DNA of 64,000 nucleotides, taken from NCBI GenBank assembly GCA_000383715.1, contig KB911950.1:1371-65370 (forward strand). The letters are read 5' to 3'. Positions 19,886 through 32,931 of the stretch are shown in pieces. Under the pieces are notes generated by a model that saw only the letters and a program-made list of their open reading frames with translations, did no database searches and was not told the origin of the DNA. Each line of letters begins with the position of its first letter. The stretch's first letter is position 1. The translations under genes were made by a program, and so were the position numbers. This stretch comes from Verrucomicrobia bacterium SCGC AAA164-E04. GTDB lineage: Bacteria > Verrucomicrobiota > Verrucomicrobiia > Limisphaerales > AAA164-E04.

Positions 19886-20011
19886 CAAAGACAAATTTTG
19901 ATGGGAACGCTCCTGTTGAAAATCTAACAAACAAACGAAACAATACATACGTCGGACTGCAGGCAGCGGTTATAATTCACTTCCGGCCGGAATGACGACG
20001 ACCAAAATATT

Positions 20012-20398
20012 ATGGCAGACTTGGAAAAGTTAATCGATGAGTTAAGTCAGTTGACGGTAATGGAAGCCGCTGACTTGGTGAAACAATTAGAAGAAAAATG
20101 GGGTGTCAGTGCAGCTGCTCCCGTAGCTGTTGCCGCTGCTGGTGGCGACGCAGGTGGTGGTGGCGCCGCTGCAGAAGAAAAAACTGAATTCGACGTTATT
20201 CTGGCTACTGTGCCAGGTGACAAGAAGATCCCTGTGATTAAGGCTGTTCGCGAAGTCAAAGCGGGTCTTGGTCTTGCAGACGCCAAAAAGTTGGTTGAAA
20301 GCGCACCTACTACACTGCTCGAAGCGGTGAGTAAGGATGAAGCCGAAGGAGCCAAGAAGAAGCTGGAAGAAACCGGCGCGACCGTTGAATTGAAATAG
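20012..20398 (+). CDS. rplL: 50S ribosomal protein L7/L12
   Basis: [32 protein letters not shown]. Confidence 0.98.
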   Translation: MADLEKLIDELSQLTVMEAADLVKQLEEKWGVSAAAPVAVAAAGGDAGGGGAAAEEKTEFDVILATVPGDKKIPVIKAVREVKAGLGLADAKKLVESAPTTLLEAVSKDEAEGAKKKLEETGATVELK

Positions 20399-20626
20399 AA
20401 CCTTTCTAGGGCGCGGAAGTATGAATATTAATTCTGCATCCGCGTCCAAGACATTTTGAGTTTCCCCTCACAGGTAAACTCATTTGACAGTTAAAATTGT
20501 CAAAACTTATTTCAGCAAGTCCGCAAGCACTCAAGTATTGAGAGCTGCGGACCTGTTTCGTCTCCTGAAAAATAGTAATAGGGAATAAAGGTTCCCCCGA
20601 GTAAGAACAGAATATACAAGGTGACC

Positions 20627-23600
20627 ATGCCATCAAAAGCCGCTGAACGAATCAATTTCGGAAAAATCAAAGAGGTAATCACTCCTCCGAATCTGATTGA
20701 AGTGCAAAATAATTCCTACGCGGAATTCCTTCAATCTGACATCGATCCAAAGAAAAGAAAGAACCTGGGCCTGCAAGCCGTTTTCAGCGAGGTCTTTCCG
20801 ATTGAGAGTTATGACGGTAAATGCGTTCTGGACTTCAGTCATTACGAAATTGGTGAACCAAAACTGGACTGGCTTGAGTGCCTGCGTGAGGGCATCACCT
20901 ATGGCGCTCCGCTGCATGTCAGTTTTCGACTGAAAGACGAACAAGGAACCAAGGAGGAAAAGGTGTTTATGGGAGAGCTTCCCTTGATCACGCCTCAGGG
21001 TAGTTTTGTAATCAATGGTGCCGAGCGCGTCATCGTCAGTCAGCTACACCGATCACCAGGTCTTGCGTTCGAAGCCTCTCAACACCCCAATGGCAAAACG
21101 ATGCATTCTTTCCGCATCATCCCTGACCGCGGGTCTTGGTATGAGGCTCAATTTGACACCAACGATTTACTTTTTGTTTATCTGGACCGCAAAAAGCGCC
21201 GCAGAAAATTTTTAACCACCACATTTTTCCGGGCACTGGGTTACGGAAGCGACGCGGACATATTACGTCTCTTCTATGATATTGACGAGATTTCCGTCAA
21301 GGCAGCGAAAGGCATGGACGACATCCAAAACAAGGTCCTCATCGAGGACATCCTTGATTTGGACAAAGGGGCTGTTGTAGCGCGTGCATTCGAACCCATG
21401 TCGGCTGCCGTTGTTCGTGAAATTGCGAATATGGGGCTGAAAAAAATCAAAGTGGTAGATACCAGCGTTGATGACGGTATCATCATCAAGTGCCTCAAGA
21501 AAGATCCTACCACCAATGAAGAAGAAGCCCTCAAAGACATTTATCGCCGCCTTCGTCCTGGTGATCCGCCAACAGCAGCAAACGCTCGAGCGCTTCTGAA
21601 GCGGCTGTTTTTTGACGCCAAGCGATACGATCTTGGTCGCGTTGGTAGATATAAAATTTCTCAAAAATTGAATCTGGATTCAAACAATGAATCCCGAGTT
21701 CTGGAAAAAGAAGATCTGGTCGCCGCAACAAAATACCTCCTCAAACTCAAAAAAGGGGAAGGCACTCTTGATGACATCGATCACTTGGGAAGCCGTCGTG
21801 TCAGGACCGTTGGTGAGCTGCTGGCCAATCAGTGTCGCGTTGGGTTGGCTCGCACCGAACGACTTGTCAAAGAGCGCATGACGCTTTTTGATCAGGGGTT
21901 GGATACCATGACTCCACAGAAATTGATCAACCCCAAAGCTCTCTCTGCTGTGATCAGGGATTTCTTTGGGCGCAGTCAGCTTTCTCAGTTCATGGACCAA
22001 ATTAATCCTTTAGCTGAGCTGACACATAAAAGACGTCTGTCTGCACTCGGACCAGGTGGCCTGAGTCGAGATCGTGCCGGGTTTGAAGTGCGTGATGTCC
22101 ATCCTTCTCATTATGGTCGCATCTGCCCAATTGAAACCCCGGAGGGGCCTAATATTGGACTGATCGCCTCTTTGGCAACATTTGCCAAGGTCAATGATTT
22201 TGGTTTTATCGAAACTCCCTACCGAAAGGTCGTTAATGGCCGCGTGACAAGTCAGCTTGATTATTTGACCGCTGACCGTGAGGAGCAGTTCATTGTTGCT
22301 CAGGCCAATGCGCCTATTGACGAGAAGGGTAAATTCCAAAATGAACGCGTCATGTGTCGATGCAAAGGTGACTTTATCGATGTTCCCCCCGATCGCGTGG
22401 ATTACATGGACGTTTCACCAAAGCAGTTGGTTTCCGTAGCTGCTGGTTTGATTCCGTTTTTGGAGCATGATGACGCCAATCGTGCTTTGATGGGGTCCAA
22501 CATGCAACGCCAAGCCGTACCTTTGCTCGTTAGCGAGTCTCCACTAGTGGCTACAGGGATGGAATCCAAGGTGGCTCGGGATTCATGTGCAGTAGTATCG
22601 GCGGAAGCTCCCGGAGTAGTTGCATCTGTCTCAGGAAATCAGGTCATCATTACCGCAGACGGTAAACTACCCGAGGGCAAAAAACGCATCAAACATGATC
22701 CAGCCAATGACATCTACGTCTATCGGTTGCGTAAGTTCATGCGATCCAATGCAGCGACCTGCATCAATCAGAAAGTTTTGGTCCAAAATGGCCAGAAAAT
22801 CAAGGCTGGTGATCTCATCGCTGACGGGCCATCAACTGAAGATGGTGAATTGGCTCTTGGTAAGAATGTGCTCTGTGCTTTCATGCCATGGAACGGTTAC
22901 AACTTCGAAGATGCTATCCTGATCAGTCAACGCATTGTCAAAGATGATGTTTACACCTCAATTCATATTGATGAATATGAAGTGAGTGCGCGTGACACGA
23001 AGCTCGGTCCTGAGGAAATCACCAGAGACATACCTAACCTTGGTGAAGATGCTCTTAAAAACTTGGGTCTCGACGGTGTGATCCGAGTAGGTGCCGAGGT
23101 GAAGCCAGGTGATATTCTAGTCGGTAAAATCACCCCGAAAAGCGAAACCGAACTTGCACCTGAAGAAAGACTTTTGCGTGCTATTTTTGGTGAAAAAGCT
23201 GCTGATGTAAAAGATACCTCGCTCAAAGTACCTTCAGGGACTTACGGCATTGTAATGGACGTCAAGGTATCCGCCAAAAAAGAATCTGAGCGCACTATAA
23301 AGGTTTCTACGACCGAATCCAAAAAGCACTCCAAACAAGTTGAGGACGAACACAAAAAGAAGATTGACGACTTGCGAGAGCAATTGACGGAATCTCTCAG
23401 TAATATTCTCCTGGGTGAAAAAATTCCTTTGGATGTGGTTAATTCCGAAACTGGAGAGATTATCATTCCAGCCAACCGGAAAATTACTAAAACGCTGCTC
23501 AGAAAACTTGCTAGTGTTTATGATCGGATCGAAATTGATCCATCCCCGATTCGAAATAAGATCAATGAAATCATCAGCGCCTACAAAAAACGCTTTGATG

Positions 23601-24460
23601 ATCTTCAGATGCAGCACGATGAGGAAATGGAACGTGTCGAATCCGGTGATGATATGGAAACCGGTATCATAAAATCCGTCAAAGTATTCATTGCTTCCAA
23701 GCGAAAGCTTTCTGTTGGTGATAAAATGGCTGGTCGCCATGGCAACAAGGGAGTGGTCGCAAAGATCGTGCCTGAAGAGGATATGCCCTTCCTTGCAAAC
23801 GGAACCCCTGTCGATATTGTCTTGAATCCGTTGGGTGTGCCGTCTCGTATGAATGTTGGCCAGTTGCTGGAAACTCACTTGGGTTGGGCAGCAAAAGTGC
23901 TTGGCATGAAGTTCGCTACACCTGTTTTTGATGGCATCAAAGAGTCTGAAGTACGTGGTTACCTCAAGGAGGCCGGTTTGCCCGACCATGCCAAGATCCA
24001 CTTATATGATGGTCGGACCGGTGAGCGTTTCGATCAGGAAATTGTTGTTGGTTTCATCTACATGCTCAAACTGGGTCATTTGGTTGCTGATAAGATTCAT
24101 GCTCGTGCAGTGGGTCCTTATTCACTGGTAACCCAACAGCCTCTCGGTGGAAAAGCACAGTATGGTGGCCAGCGGTTCGGAGAAATGGAAGTATGGGCGA
24201 TGGAAGCTTATGGTGCTGCTTATGCACTTCAGGAACTCCTCACTGTTAAGTCAGATGACGTCCAGGGGCGGACGCGCATTTACGAAAGTATTGTCAAAGG
24301 GGATAACTCACTCGATGCCGGAATACCGGAATCCTTCAACGTTCTCGTGAAGGAAATCCAGTCTCTTGGTATGGATGTGAATGTTGGATATGAACCGGAA
24401 GAAGTTGATCCGGATGCTGAACTAAGGTCCGTGCCATCCAGTCTCTCAGCAATGGGATAA
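20627..24460 (+). CDS. rpoB: RNA polymerase beta subunit
   Basis: [53 protein letters not shown]. Start is ATG 20627 or GTG 20621. Confidence 0.99.
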   Translation: MPSKAAERINFGKIKEVITPPNLIEVQNNSYAEFLQSDIDPKKRKNLGLQAVFSEVFPIESYDGKCVLDFSHYEIGEPKLDWLECLREGITYGAPLHVSFRLKDEQGTKEEKVFMGELPLITPQGSFVINGAERVIVSQLHRSPGLAFEASQHPNGKTMHSFRIIPDRGSWYEAQFDTNDLLFVYLDRKKRRRKFLTTTFFRALGYGSDADILRLFYDIDEISVKAAKGMDDIQNKVLIEDILDLDKGAVVARAFEPMSAAVVREIANMGLKKIKVVDTSVDDGIIIKCLKKDPTTNEEEALKDIYRRLRPGDPPTAANARALLKRLFFDAKRYDLGRVGRYKISQKLNLDSNNESRVLEKEDLVAATKYLLKLKKGEGTLDDIDHLGSRRVRTVGELLANQCRVGLARTERLVKERMTLFDQGLDTMTPQKLINPKALSAVIRDFFGRSQLSQFMDQINPLAELTHKRRLSALGPGGLSRDRAGFEVRDVHPSHYGRICPIETPEGPNIGLIASLATFAKVNDFGFIETPYRKVVNGRVTSQLDYLTADREEQFIVAQANAPIDEKGKFQNERVMCRCKGDFIDVPPDRVDYMDVSPKQLVSVAAGLIPFLEHDDANRALMGSNMQRQAVPLLVSESPLVATGMESKVARDSCAVVSAEAPGVVASVSGNQVIITADGKLPEGKKRIKHDPANDIYVYRLRKFMRSNAATCINQKVLVQNGQKIKAGDLIADGPSTEDGELALGKNVLCAFMPWNGYNFEDAILISQRIVKDDVYTSIHIDEYEVSARDTKLGPEEITRDIPNLGEDALKNLGLDGVIRVGAEVKPGDILVGKITPKSETELAPEERLLRAIFGEKAADVKDTSLKVPSGTYGIVMDVKVSAKKESERTIKVSTTESKKHSKQVEDEHKKKIDDLREQLTESLSNILLGEKIPLDVVNSETGEIIIPANRKITKTLLRKLASVYDRIEIDPSPIRNKINEIISAYKKRFDDLQMQHDEEMERVESGDDMETGIIKSVKVFIASKRKLSVGDKMAGRHGNKGVVAKIVPEEDMPFLANGTPVDIVLNPLGVPSRMNVGQLLETHLGWAAKVLGMKFATPVFDGIKESEVRGYLKEAGLPDHAKIHLYDGRTGERFDQEIVVGFIYMLKLGHLVADKIHARAVGPYSLVTQQPLGGKAQYGGQRFGEMEVWAMEAYGAAYALQELLTVKSDDVQGRTRIYESIVKGDNSLDAGIPESFNVLVKEIQSLGMDVNVGYEPEEVDPDAELRSVPSSLSAMG

Positions 24461-24508
24461 TTAAGGGGATCGGAACAAACTGAAACAAATTGATTTCAAA
24501 GTACACCC

Positions 24509-27500
24509 ATGATCGAAAGCAGAAATAGTACACGCGAGTTGTTCGGACTGGAGCAGGTCAACGCCGTTGACCACATCAACATCACTGTAGCCTCACCTGA
24601 ATCCATCCGTTCTTGGTCCAAAGGCGAGGTTAAAAATCCGGAGACCATTAACTATCGCACGTTCAAACCTGAAAAAGGCGGTTTGTTTTGTGAGCGTATC
24701 TTTGGACCCGTCAAAGATTGGGAATGCTCTTGCGGTAAATACAAGAGGATCAAACACCGAGGAGTGGTCTGTGACCGTTGCGGTGTTGAAGTCACTTTAT
24801 CTCGTGTCCGCCGTGAGCGTATGGGGCATATTGAATTGGCGGTACCTGTATCCCATATCTGGTTTTTCAAGTGCATGCCCTCACGCATTGGTCTTATTTT
24901 GGACATGACCGCCCGTGAGCTCGAGCGTGTGGTTTATTACGAGGATTACCTCGTGATCGAACCAGGAACAACTCCGCTGAAAAAGAATCAGCTGCTCAGC
25001 GAGATGGATTACAGGGAGGCAAAAGAAACCTACGGCTCAGATGCTTTTGAAGCCGAAATGGGAGCTGGAGCTGTTCGAAGAGCACTGGAGTCTGTTGAAC
25101 TGGTCAGTAAGGTAGAGGAACTGCAGGTTGCCATGACGGAAACTCGCAGTAAACAAATCCGCAAGAAATTAGCGAAGCGCATCAAGCTTTTCCAAGGGTT
25201 TTCTGCCAGTAAATCCCGTCCTGACTGGATGATTCTCGTGGTTCTGCCTGTTATTCCTCCAGATTTACGTCCATTGGTTCCTTTGGAAGGCGGCCGATTT
25301 GCCACTTCTGACCTGAACGATCTTTATCGGCGCGTTATCAACCGAAATAACCGTTTAAAGAATCTCCTTCAGCTCAAGACACCTGAAGTCATTATTCGTA
25401 ATGAAAAACGTATGTTGCAGGAGGCCGTGGACGCATTATTTGATAATGGACGTCATGGACGCGCTGTGACAGGTGCAGGTAACCGCCCATTGAAATCGCT
25501 GAGTGACATGCTCAAAGGTAAGAGTGGGCGCTTCCGTCAGAACTTGCTTGGAAAGCGTGTCGATTATTCTGGTCGTTCTGTCATCGTTATCGGTCCCGAA
25601 TTGAAATTGAATCAGTGCGGTCTTCCCAAAAAGATGGCCCTGGTACTTTTTGAACCCTTCATCATTCGACGACTCAAAGAGCTCGGTTTTGTGCATACGG
25701 TTCGGTCTGCTAAAAAAATGATCGAGCGTCAATCGCCTGAGGTGTGGGATATCCTTGAAGAGGTTACCAAAGGACATCCGGTTCTTTTGAACCGTGCTCC
25801 CACGCTGCATCGATTATCTATCCAGGCCTTTGAGCCTGTTCTGATTGAGGGAGAGGCTATTCGAGTTCATCCTCTGGTTTGCACAGCTTACAATGCTGAT
25901 TTTGATGGAGATCAAATGGCGGTGCATGTTCCGTTGTCTGTGGAAGCACAGATGGAGGCTCGCTTGTTGATGATGGCACCCAACAATATTTTCAGTCCAT
26001 CCAGTGGCAAACCGATCATGACTCCCACCCAGGATATTACACTGGGATGTTACTACCTCACTGCCGAACCGCGCCAACCTCGAAAGAAAAACCAGAGGTT
26101 GTGTTTGTTTGCGACCAAAGAGGAAGTCATTTTTGCATTCCATGATGGGGCTTTGGATACTCATTCACGCGTTGCATTTGTCAATCCAGACATCGGCAAG
26201 GACACGGTTTATGGTGACAAAGACAGAAAGATCATCGAAACCACGGTTGGGCGTGTGATCTTCAGCGAAATATGGCCTTCTGATCTTGGTTTTCCGAACC
26301 GTGCGATCGGCAAAGGTCAGATTGGTGATTTAATCTGGAACTGTTACAAAGTGTGCGGACATGCAGAGACCGTCGCCACTTTGGATAGACTCAAAGAACT
26401 TGGATTCAGGGAAGCAACCAAGGCGGGTGTCTCCATTGGTATTGACGACATGATTATCCCGGTCGAAAAAGATCAGGAAATCAGTTCAGCCCAAGACCAG
26501 ATATCCGAAGTGGAAAACCAATATCGCCGAGGTGTCATTACTCCGGGTGAGCGATACAACAAAATCATTGATATCTGGACACATTGCACAGATCAGATTT
26601 CCAATGTGATGCTGAGGACACTTCAAGCCAACCAGAACAAGGATGAATTCAATCCTGTTTACCTGATGGTTGATTCTGGAGCACGTGGTAATCGTCAGCA
26701 GGTGCGTCAATTGGCGGGTATTCGTGGTTTGATGGCCAAGCCTTCTGGCGATATCATTGAAAAACCGATCCTCTCAAACTTCAGGGAAGGTTTGACAGTA
26801 TTGGAATACTTTATTTCCACGCATGGAGCCCGTAAGGGACTTGCTGATACCGCTCTCAAGACGGCTGATTCAGGTTACATGACCCGTAAACTGGTTGATG
26901 TTGCTCAGGATGTCATTGTTCGTGAAGCAGATTGCGAGACTTCCAATGGAATTTGGGTTTCAGCTATTTACGAAGGTGAAGATGAAGTTGTCAAATTGAG
27001 CGAGCGATTGGTTGGACGCGTGTCATGTGAAGATATCGTCGATCCCAGTGACGTCAAAAATGTTATTGTAAAGGCTAACGATGAAATCGATGAGGTCACG
27101 GCGAAAGCTGTAGATTCATCAGCCATTGAGCGAGTCAAAATCAGATCGGTTCTGACCTGCGAATCCAATGTCAGTCTTTGCGCAAAATGCTATGGCCGCA
27201 ATCTGGCTACGGGTCGTGAAGTCAAGGAAGGCGAGGCAGTAGGCATAGTGGCAGCTCAGTCCATTGGTGAGCCCGGAACACAGCTTACCATGCGTACTTT
27301 CCATATTGGCGGAACAGCATCCCAGATCTTCAAACAGCCCCAGATCAAGTCCAAGCATGTTGCCAAGATTGTCTACAGCGATTTGCGCTGTGTGGAACTT
27401 GAAGATGGTAACAGCATTGTTCTGAACAAAAACGGTTCCATCATCCTGCTCGATGAAGAAGAGCGTGAAATAGAAAATCACAGCATCATCATTGGGTCGG

Positions 27501-28642
27501 TTATTCTGGTGCCAAACGGAGGTTCAGTTAAAAAAGGGCAGACTTTTGTCCAGTGGGATCCTTACAACGTGCCGATTCTCTCGGAAAAATCAGGTGTCGT
27601 TAAATTTCATGACATCATTGAGGGAGTGACGATGAAGCAAGAGGTGGACGACGCCACAGGTCAGGAAGCAATGGTTGTGATCGATCACAAGGAAGATCTT
27701 CATCCTCAGATCATGATTTTAGCTTCCAAGAATGGTGAAGTGCTTGCAAATTACCCCATTCCTTCGGGGGCTCACATTGTGGTTCAGGAGGGAGTAAGAA
27801 TTCCTGCTGGTGCTTTGATGGCAAAAACCCCTCGTAAGACCAGTAAAACCAAGGATATCACAGGTGGTCTTCCACGTGTGGCTGAGTTGTTTGAAGCTCG
27901 CCGCCCCAAAGATGCTGCTGAAATTGCTAAAATGGACGGTATCATTGACTTTGGTCCCAGTGTCCGAGGCAAGCGTTGTATTCTCATTCGTGATGCGGAA
28001 TCAGGGGCCGAGGAAGAGCATTTAATTCCCATTGCTAAGCACGTCATTGTTTTCAAGGGAGACTACGTTAAAAAAGGCTCTCAACTGACTGAAGGCCCCA
28101 TTGTTCCCCACGAAATACTTGAGGTTTGTGGACCACAAGAATTGCAGGAGCACTTGGTGAACGAAGTTCAGGAAGTGTATCGATTGCAGGGGGTGACTAT
28201 CAATGACAAGCACATTGAAATCATCGTCCGGCAAATGTTGCGCAAAGTTCGCGTTACTGAGCCAGGTGACACCATCTTCCTCTGGGGTGAGCAGGTTGAA
28301 AGAACGATATTCGAGCGTGAAAACCGTAGAGTGGAAGAAATGGGCGGTCAACCAGCGGATGCCTCACCCGTACTGCTCGGTATTACTAAAGCATCTCTTG
28401 AGACAGAAAGTTTTCTCTCAGCAGCTTCTTTCCAGGACACAACTCGAGTGCTCACGGATGCCGCAACCATGGGGAAAGTGGATTACCTCCGAGGCTTCAA
28501 GGAAAACGTCATCATGGGACACATCATTCCAGCTGGAACAGGGTATCCAAAACATCGTAACATCAAGGTCAATCCATTAGTGGAACCACCTAAGGTAGAA
28601 GAAGAACCAACTTCGGAAATTGACGAACCGGTCGCAGGTTGA
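24509..28642 (+). CDS. rpoC: RNA polymerase beta' subunit
   Basis: [12 protein letters not shown], Zn-finger cysteines, QLTMRTFH. Confidence 0.99.
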   Translation: MIESRNSTRELFGLEQVNAVDHINITVASPESIRSWSKGEVKNPETINYRTFKPEKGGLFCERIFGPVKDWECSCGKYKRIKHRGVVCDRCGVEVTLSRVRRERMGHIELAVPVSHIWFFKCMPSRIGLILDMTARELERVVYYEDYLVIEPGTTPLKKNQLLSEMDYREAKETYGSDAFEAEMGAGAVRRALESVELVSKVEELQVAMTETRSKQIRKKLAKRIKLFQGFSASKSRPDWMILVVLPVIPPDLRPLVPLEGGRFATSDLNDLYRRVINRNNRLKNLLQLKTPEVIIRNEKRMLQEAVDALFDNGRHGRAVTGAGNRPLKSLSDMLKGKSGRFRQNLLGKRVDYSGRSVIVIGPELKLNQCGLPKKMALVLFEPFIIRRLKELGFVHTVRSAKKMIERQSPEVWDILEEVTKGHPVLLNRAPTLHRLSIQAFEPVLIEGEAIRVHPLVCTAYNADFDGDQMAVHVPLSVEAQMEARLLMMAPNNIFSPSSGKPIMTPTQDITLGCYYLTAEPRQPRKKNQRLCLFATKEEVIFAFHDGALDTHSRVAFVNPDIGKDTVYGDKDRKIIETTVGRVIFSEIWPSDLGFPNRAIGKGQIGDLIWNCYKVCGHAETVATLDRLKELGFREATKAGVSIGIDDMIIPVEKDQEISSAQDQISEVENQYRRGVITPGERYNKIIDIWTHCTDQISNVMLRTLQANQNKDEFNPVYLMVDSGARGNRQQVRQLAGIRGLMAKPSGDIIEKPILSNFREGLTVLEYFISTHGARKGLADTALKTADSGYMTRKLVDVAQDVIVREADCETSNGIWVSAIYEGEDEVVKLSERLVGRVSCEDIVDPSDVKNVIVKANDEIDEVTAKAVDSSAIERVKIRSVLTCESNVSLCAKCYGRNLATGREVKEGEAVGIVAAQSIGEPGTQLTMRTFHIGGTASQIFKQPQIKSKHVAKIVYSDLRCVELEDGNSIVLNKNGSIILLDEEEREIENHSIIIGSVILVPNGGSVKKGQTFVQWDPYNVPILSEKSGVVKFHDIIEGVTMKQEVDDATGQEAMVVIDHKEDLHPQIMILASKNGEVLANYPIPSGAHIVVQEGVRIPAGALMAKTPRKTSKTKDITGGLPRVAELFEARRPKDAAEIAKMDGIIDFGPSVRGKRCILIRDAESGAEEEHLIPIAKHVIVFKGDYVKKGSQLTEGPIVPHEILEVCGPQELQEHLVNEVQEVYRLQGVTINDKHIEIIVRQMLRKVRVTEPGDTIFLWGEQVERTIFERENRRVEEMGGQPADASPVLLGITKASLETESFLSAASFQDTTRVLTDAATMGKVDYLRGFKENVIMGHIIPAGTGYPKHRNIKVNPLVEPPKVEEEPTSEIDEPVAG

Positions 28643-28681
28643 AACTAAAAAATCATCTTTAAAAATATTTCAAATTATCTC

Positions 28682-28709
28682 TTGCAAGGAGTAAGCCCTT
28701 TGCTAGTAT
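28682..28709 (+). promoter_or_regulatory. Promoter of the str (rpsL) operon
   Basis: TTGCAA-N16-TAGTAT with extended -10 TG and a C-rich discriminator. Confidence 0.6.
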
Positions 28710-28769
28710 CTGCCCTCCATTTCTCAGGAAGCAGAAATTGGGCCTTTTGGAATTTACACAAATACGCAA

Positions 28770-29150
28770 ATGCCAACGATTAATCAGCTTGTCCGTAAAG
28801 GACGAAAAAAGATCAAAGAAAAGTCGAGTTCACCGGCTTTGGAGAACTGTCCGTTTCGACGGGGGGTATGCGTGCAGGTCATGACCCGAACGCCCAAAAA
28901 GCCAAACTCCGCGATGCGAAAAGTCGCTAAAGTGCGCCTGACCAACGGATATGAGGTAATTGCCTATATTCCTGATGAGGGACATAATCTGCAGGAACAC
29001 AGTATCGTTCTGGTGCGTGGTGGACGTGTGAAGGATTTGCCTGGGGTGCGCTACCACGTGGTGCGTGGAACACTGGACGCAAACGGTGTTGAGAAAAGAC
29101 GTGTGAGCCGTTCAAAGTACGGTGTTAAGCGTCCTAAAGATAAGAAGTAA
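28770..29150 (+). CDS. rpsL: 30S ribosomal protein S12
   Basis: [31 protein letters not shown]. Confidence 0.99.
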   Translation: MPTINQLVRKGRKKIKEKSSSPALENCPFRRGVCVQVMTRTPKKPNSAMRKVAKVRLTNGYEVIAYIPDEGHNLQEHSIVLVRGGRVKDLPGVRYHVVRGTLDANGVEKRRVSRSKYGVKRPKDKK

Positions 29151-29175
29151 TTTTAGAGATTTTTGAATTGATCCT

Positions 29176-29649
29176 ATGTCAAGACGTCGTAGAGCAGTTA
29201 AGCGCAAGCAAGTCGCTGATCCCAAATACGGGAGCACCTTGGTCGCACGCCTCGTGAGTATCCTCATGATTCAGGGTAAGAAAAGTATCGCCCAGAAAGT
29301 CGTGTATGGAGCAATGGACACCTTGGGTGAGAAAAACCCTGCCACCAACCCATTAGATCTATTGCAACGTGCGGTAGACAATGCCAAACCTCGTTTGGAA
29401 GTGAAACCGAGACGTGTTGGTGGTGCCACTTATCAAGTGCCAATGGAGGTCCCGTCGGACCGCCAAAACGCTCTTGCCATGCGGTGGATTGTTCGATTTG
29501 CGAACTCAAGAAAAGGCGTTCCGATGGCCGAGGCCTTGGCCAACGAAATCATGGATGCGTATCAGGGACAAGGGGCATCTATCCGTCGACGAGATGAAGT
29601 GCACAAAATGGCTCAATCAAACAAGGCATTCGCACATTTTCGTTGGTAA
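29176..29649 (+). CDS. rpsG: 30S ribosomal protein S7
   Basis: RRVGGATYQVP, AFAHFRW. Confidence 0.98.
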   Translation: MSRRRRAVKRKQVADPKYGSTLVARLVSILMIQGKKSIAQKVVYGAMDTLGEKNPATNPLDLLQRAVDNAKPRLEVKPRRVGGATYQVPMEVPSDRQNALAMRWIVRFANSRKGVPMAEALANEIMDAYQGQGASIRRRDEVHKMAQSNKAFAHFRW

Positions 29650-29666
29650 TAATTCAATATAATTTT

Positions 29667-29703
29667 GCCCCGGACGGTTCATTGAACTAACACGGGGCTT
29701 TTT
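29667..29703 (+). terminator. Terminator-like hairpin between rpsG and fusA
   Basis: GCCCCG...CGGGGC outer stem with inner GTTC/GAAC stem, followed by TTTTT. Confidence 0.55.
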
Positions 29704-29726
29704 ATTCTCTACTGATACATAACTGA

Positions 29727-31904
29727 ATGAGTACGGCAGCTACAGAGGAAAGATCTCAGCTGAATTCGCCTAATCGCGAATACTCCTTGGAGCGTACTCG
29801 CAACATTGGTATTGCTGCTCACATTGACGCAGGCAAAACCACCACGACTGAACGTATCTTATTCTATACCGGGCTTATTCACAAAATGGGTGAAGTCCAT
29901 GATGGAGATACGGTGACCGACTGGATGTCACAAGAAAAAGAGCGTGGTATCACCATTACATCCGCTGCCATTACCTGTTTCTGGAAGCAGGCTGATGACG
30001 GATTGCTCAAAACTTTCGTCGACGTGCCTCATCGTATCAACATTATTGATACTCCCGGGCACGTTGATTTTACTGCTGAGGTAGAACGTTCCATGCGTGT
30101 CCTCGATGGTGCGGTTGCTGTTTTCTGTGGTGTCGCTGGGGTGCAGCCTCAGTCAGAAACAGTTTGGCGACAGGCTACAAAATACAGTGTGCCTCGCATT
30201 GCTTTTGTTAACAAAATGGATCGCACTGGCGCTGATTTTGACAACGCTGTCAGCGACATGCGTAACAAATTAGGCGCTTACGCTTATCCCATCTCACTGC
30301 CACTTGGGGCTGAAGATCAGCTCAAAGGGGTGATAGATCTCGTCAGCCAAAAAGCAATTCTCTATGACCAAGAGGATCCGACTGGCCTGAAATACGAAGT
30401 CACGGCTATTCCTGCAGATCAAAAGAACCGTGCTGAAGTTGCTTATCGCGAATTGTTGGAAGCTGTCGCAGATAAAGACGATACTGTGATGGAGCTGGTA
30501 GTCAATGAGCTGCCGATCGATTCAGTCACTCTCAAAGCAGCAATCAGGCGATTAACCTGCTCGATGGAATTGGTGCCGGTTCTTGGAGGTTCTGCATTTA
30601 AAAACAAGGGAGTCCACTCTGTCGTTGACGCCGTTGTAGATTACTTGCCTTCGCCTGTCGACGTTCCCTCTGCGGTCGGGACTGATCTAGACAACGATGA
30701 GGAAGTTGAAATAAGGACCGATGACAGTGGTCACTTCTGTGGATTGGCTTTCAAGCTCTGGACAGATCCATTCGTCGGCAAATTAGTTTTTATGCGTGTT
30801 TATCGAGGGACCCTCAAAAAGGGAGAAGCCGTCCTCAACACACGCACTCGAAGAAAAGAGCGGGCTAGTCGCTTGTTGATGATTCAAGCCGACAAGCGGT
30901 CTGACTGCGATGCTGTTTATGCAGGTGACATTGTTGCCATTGTTGGCGTTAAAAATGTGACCACCGGCGACACTTTATGCACGCAGGGAAATGAAATCAG
31001 TCTTGAGCCTCCGACTTTTCCTGAGCCTGTTATCTCCATGGCGATTGAACCAAAAACAAAGCTAGATCGCGAGAGATTGTCTGAGGGTTTGCAGCGTCTA
31101 TCAGAAGAAGATCCAACTTTCCGTTGCTTCACCAATGAGGAGACTGGGCAGCTGATCATTGCGGGTATGGGTGAACTGCACTTGGAAATTATCCGAGATC
31201 GCCTGTTGCGTGAGTTTAAAGTTGTAGCCAACGCTGGCGTCCCTCAAATCGCCTATCGCGAAACCATCACCAAAAAGGCATCGGCTGAAGGTAAATTCGT
31301 GCGTCAATCGGGTGGACGGGGGCAATACGGTCATGCTGTCATTAACGTTCAACCAGCTGAACGTGGGAAAGGTGTTACCATCGACAACAAGATTGTAGGT
31401 GGTGTCATTCCCAAGGAGTTTATACCAGCAGTCATCTCGGGCATTGAAGACGTGATTTCGGGGGGGGTGCTTGCTAATTACCCGATGGTGGACGTATCAG
31501 TGCAGCTTGTTGACGGAAGTTTTCATGAAGTTGATTCAAACGAACTCGCTTTTAAGATGGCTGGAATTTTCGCTTTCAAAGAAGCGGCCAAAAAAGCTTC
31601 TTTAGCATTACTGGAGCCTGTGATGAAAGTGGAAGTGACCACTCCCGATGAGTATCAGGGTGATATTCTCGGCGATTTGAATCGCAGAAGAGGGAAGATA
31701 ATCAGTATCGATAGCAAACCTCAGGTTACTATTCTTAACTCCGAAGTTCCCTTGGCTGAAATGTTCGGTTACGCCACTGCAGTTCGCTCACTGAGTAAAG
31801 GCCGTGCTTCATACTCTATGGAGCCTGATAAATTTGAACAGGTGCCTACAAGCATCGTAAACACACTTTTGGACTCGATCATGCCTGTGGCAGCTCGATC
31901 CTGA
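29727..31904 (+). CDS. fusA: Elongation factor G
   Basis: [36 protein letters not shown]. Confidence 0.99.
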   Translation: MSTAATEERSQLNSPNREYSLERTRNIGIAAHIDAGKTTTTERILFYTGLIHKMGEVHDGDTVTDWMSQEKERGITITSAAITCFWKQADDGLLKTFVDVPHRINIIDTPGHVDFTAEVERSMRVLDGAVAVFCGVAGVQPQSETVWRQATKYSVPRIAFVNKMDRTGADFDNAVSDMRNKLGAYAYPISLPLGAEDQLKGVIDLVSQKAILYDQEDPTGLKYEVTAIPADQKNRAEVAYRELLEAVADKDDTVMELVVNELPIDSVTLKAAIRRLTCSMELVPVLGGSAFKNKGVHSVVDAVVDYLPSPVDVPSAVGTDLDNDEEVEIRTDDSGHFCGLAFKLWTDPFVGKLVFMRVYRGTLKKGEAVLNTRTRRKERASRLLMIQADKRSDCDAVYAGDIVAIVGVKNVTTGDTLCTQGNEISLEPPTFPEPVISMAIEPKTKLDRERLSEGLQRLSEEDPTFRCFTNEETGQLIIAGMGELHLEIIRDRLLREFKVVANAGVPQIAYRETITKKASAEGKFVRQSGGRGQYGHAVINVQPAERGKGVTIDNKIVGGVIPKEFIPAVISGIEDVISGGVLANYPMVDVSVQLVDGSFHEVDSNELAFKMAGIFAFKEAAKKASLALLEPVMKVEVTTPDEYQGDILGDLNRRRGKIISIDSKPQVTILNSEVPLAEMFGYATAVRSLSKGRASYSMEPDKFEQVPTSIVNTLLDSIMPVAARS

Positions 31905-31938
31905 TAAACACAGTTATTAACCTCGTTCTTTATAAATT

Positions 31939-32247
31939 ATGGCAGGACAAAGAATACGTATTCGACTGAAGGCCTATGATCATCGTGTGATTGATCAGTC
32001 TGCCCAGGAAATAGTGGAGACCGTTAAGCGGTCAGGGGCTCGTGTGGCAGGACCTATTCCTTTGCCAACTCGTATTGAGAGATTTACTGTTGGCAGATCG
32101 CCTCACGTGGATAAAAAATCTCATGAAACATTTGAGCAACGTACTCACAAGCGTTTACTGGATATATTAGAGCCAACCGCGAAAACAGTAGACGAGCTTA
32201 AGAAACTCAATCTACCAGCGGGTGTGGACATCACCATTAAGATTTAA
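31939..32247 (+). CDS. rpsJ: 30S ribosomal protein S10
   Basis: [17 protein letters not shown]. Confidence 0.98.
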   Translation: MAGQRIRIRLKAYDHRVIDQSAQEIVETVKRSGARVAGPIPLPTRIERFTVGRSPHVDKKSHETFEQRTHKRLLDILEPTAKTVDELKKLNLPAGVDITIKI

Positions 32248-32262
32248 GAAAGACGCGATATA

Positions 32263-32907
32263 ATGTTAGGATTACTAGGTAAAAAATTAGGCCAGACACG
32301 CGTTTACAACAGTGATGGTTCTGCCACCAGTGTGACAGTTGTTGAGTGTGGACCAAACCATGTTGTTCAATGCAAAACGCCTGATACAGATGGTTACAGC
32401 GCCGTCCAATTAGCGTTCGATCCGCAGAAAGACCACCGACTCACTAAGCCAAAATTAGGGCATTTTTCGAAGCATAAAACCACTGGTTTTAAAAGAATTC
32501 GCGAATTTCGTGATTTCGCGCTTGATGTCAAGTCGGGTGATGTGGTTAAGGTGGAAGACTGCTTCGACGAAGGCGACTTTGTGGATGCCATTGGCTTGAC
32601 AAAAGGCCGTGGTTTCCAAGGTGTCATGAAACGATGGAATTTTAGTGGAGGTCGTGCAACTCATGGTGCTAAAGGCTGGAAGCGCCGTCCAGGTTCCATA
32701 GGTTCTGGTTCCACACCCGGTTGGGTTGCCAAGGGCAAAAAGATGCCAGGCCACATGGGACAGGCTCAACGCACCATTCAAAGCTTAAAAGTAGTCAAGG
32801 TTCGTGGAGAAGACAATTTGCTGCTAATTAAAGGGGCGATTCCGGGGGCAGCAGGTGATTATGTTGTCATCCGTGAAGCAGTCAAGAAGCCCAAAAAGAA
32901 AGCATAA
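32263..32907 (+). CDS. rplC: 50S ribosomal protein L3
   Basis: GLLGKKLGQT, KGRGFQGVMKRW, KMPGHMG. Confidence 0.98.
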   Translation: MLGLLGKKLGQTRVYNSDGSATSVTVVECGPNHVVQCKTPDTDGYSAVQLAFDPQKDHRLTKPKLGHFSKHKTTGFKRIREFRDFALDVKSGDVVKVEDCFDEGDFVDAIGLTKGRGFQGVMKRWNFSGGRATHGAKGWKRRPGSIGSGSTPGWVAKGKKMPGHMGQAQRTIQSLKVVKVRGEDNLLLIKGAIPGAAGDYVVIREAVKKPKKKA

Positions 32908-32931
32908 GGCCGTAGAAAGGGCGCATAAGTA

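Noticed and set aside
21960-22060. Rifampicin-resistance substitutions in rpoB
   Set aside because: Residues equivalent to Q513, D516, H526 and S531 are wild type; PLAEL is a common natural variant.
23234-24001. 255-aa antisense ORF in rpoB, and similar ones in tuf, rplA, rplJ and pilM
   Set aside because: Typical antisense open frames produced by codon bias in conserved genes; no recognisable motifs.
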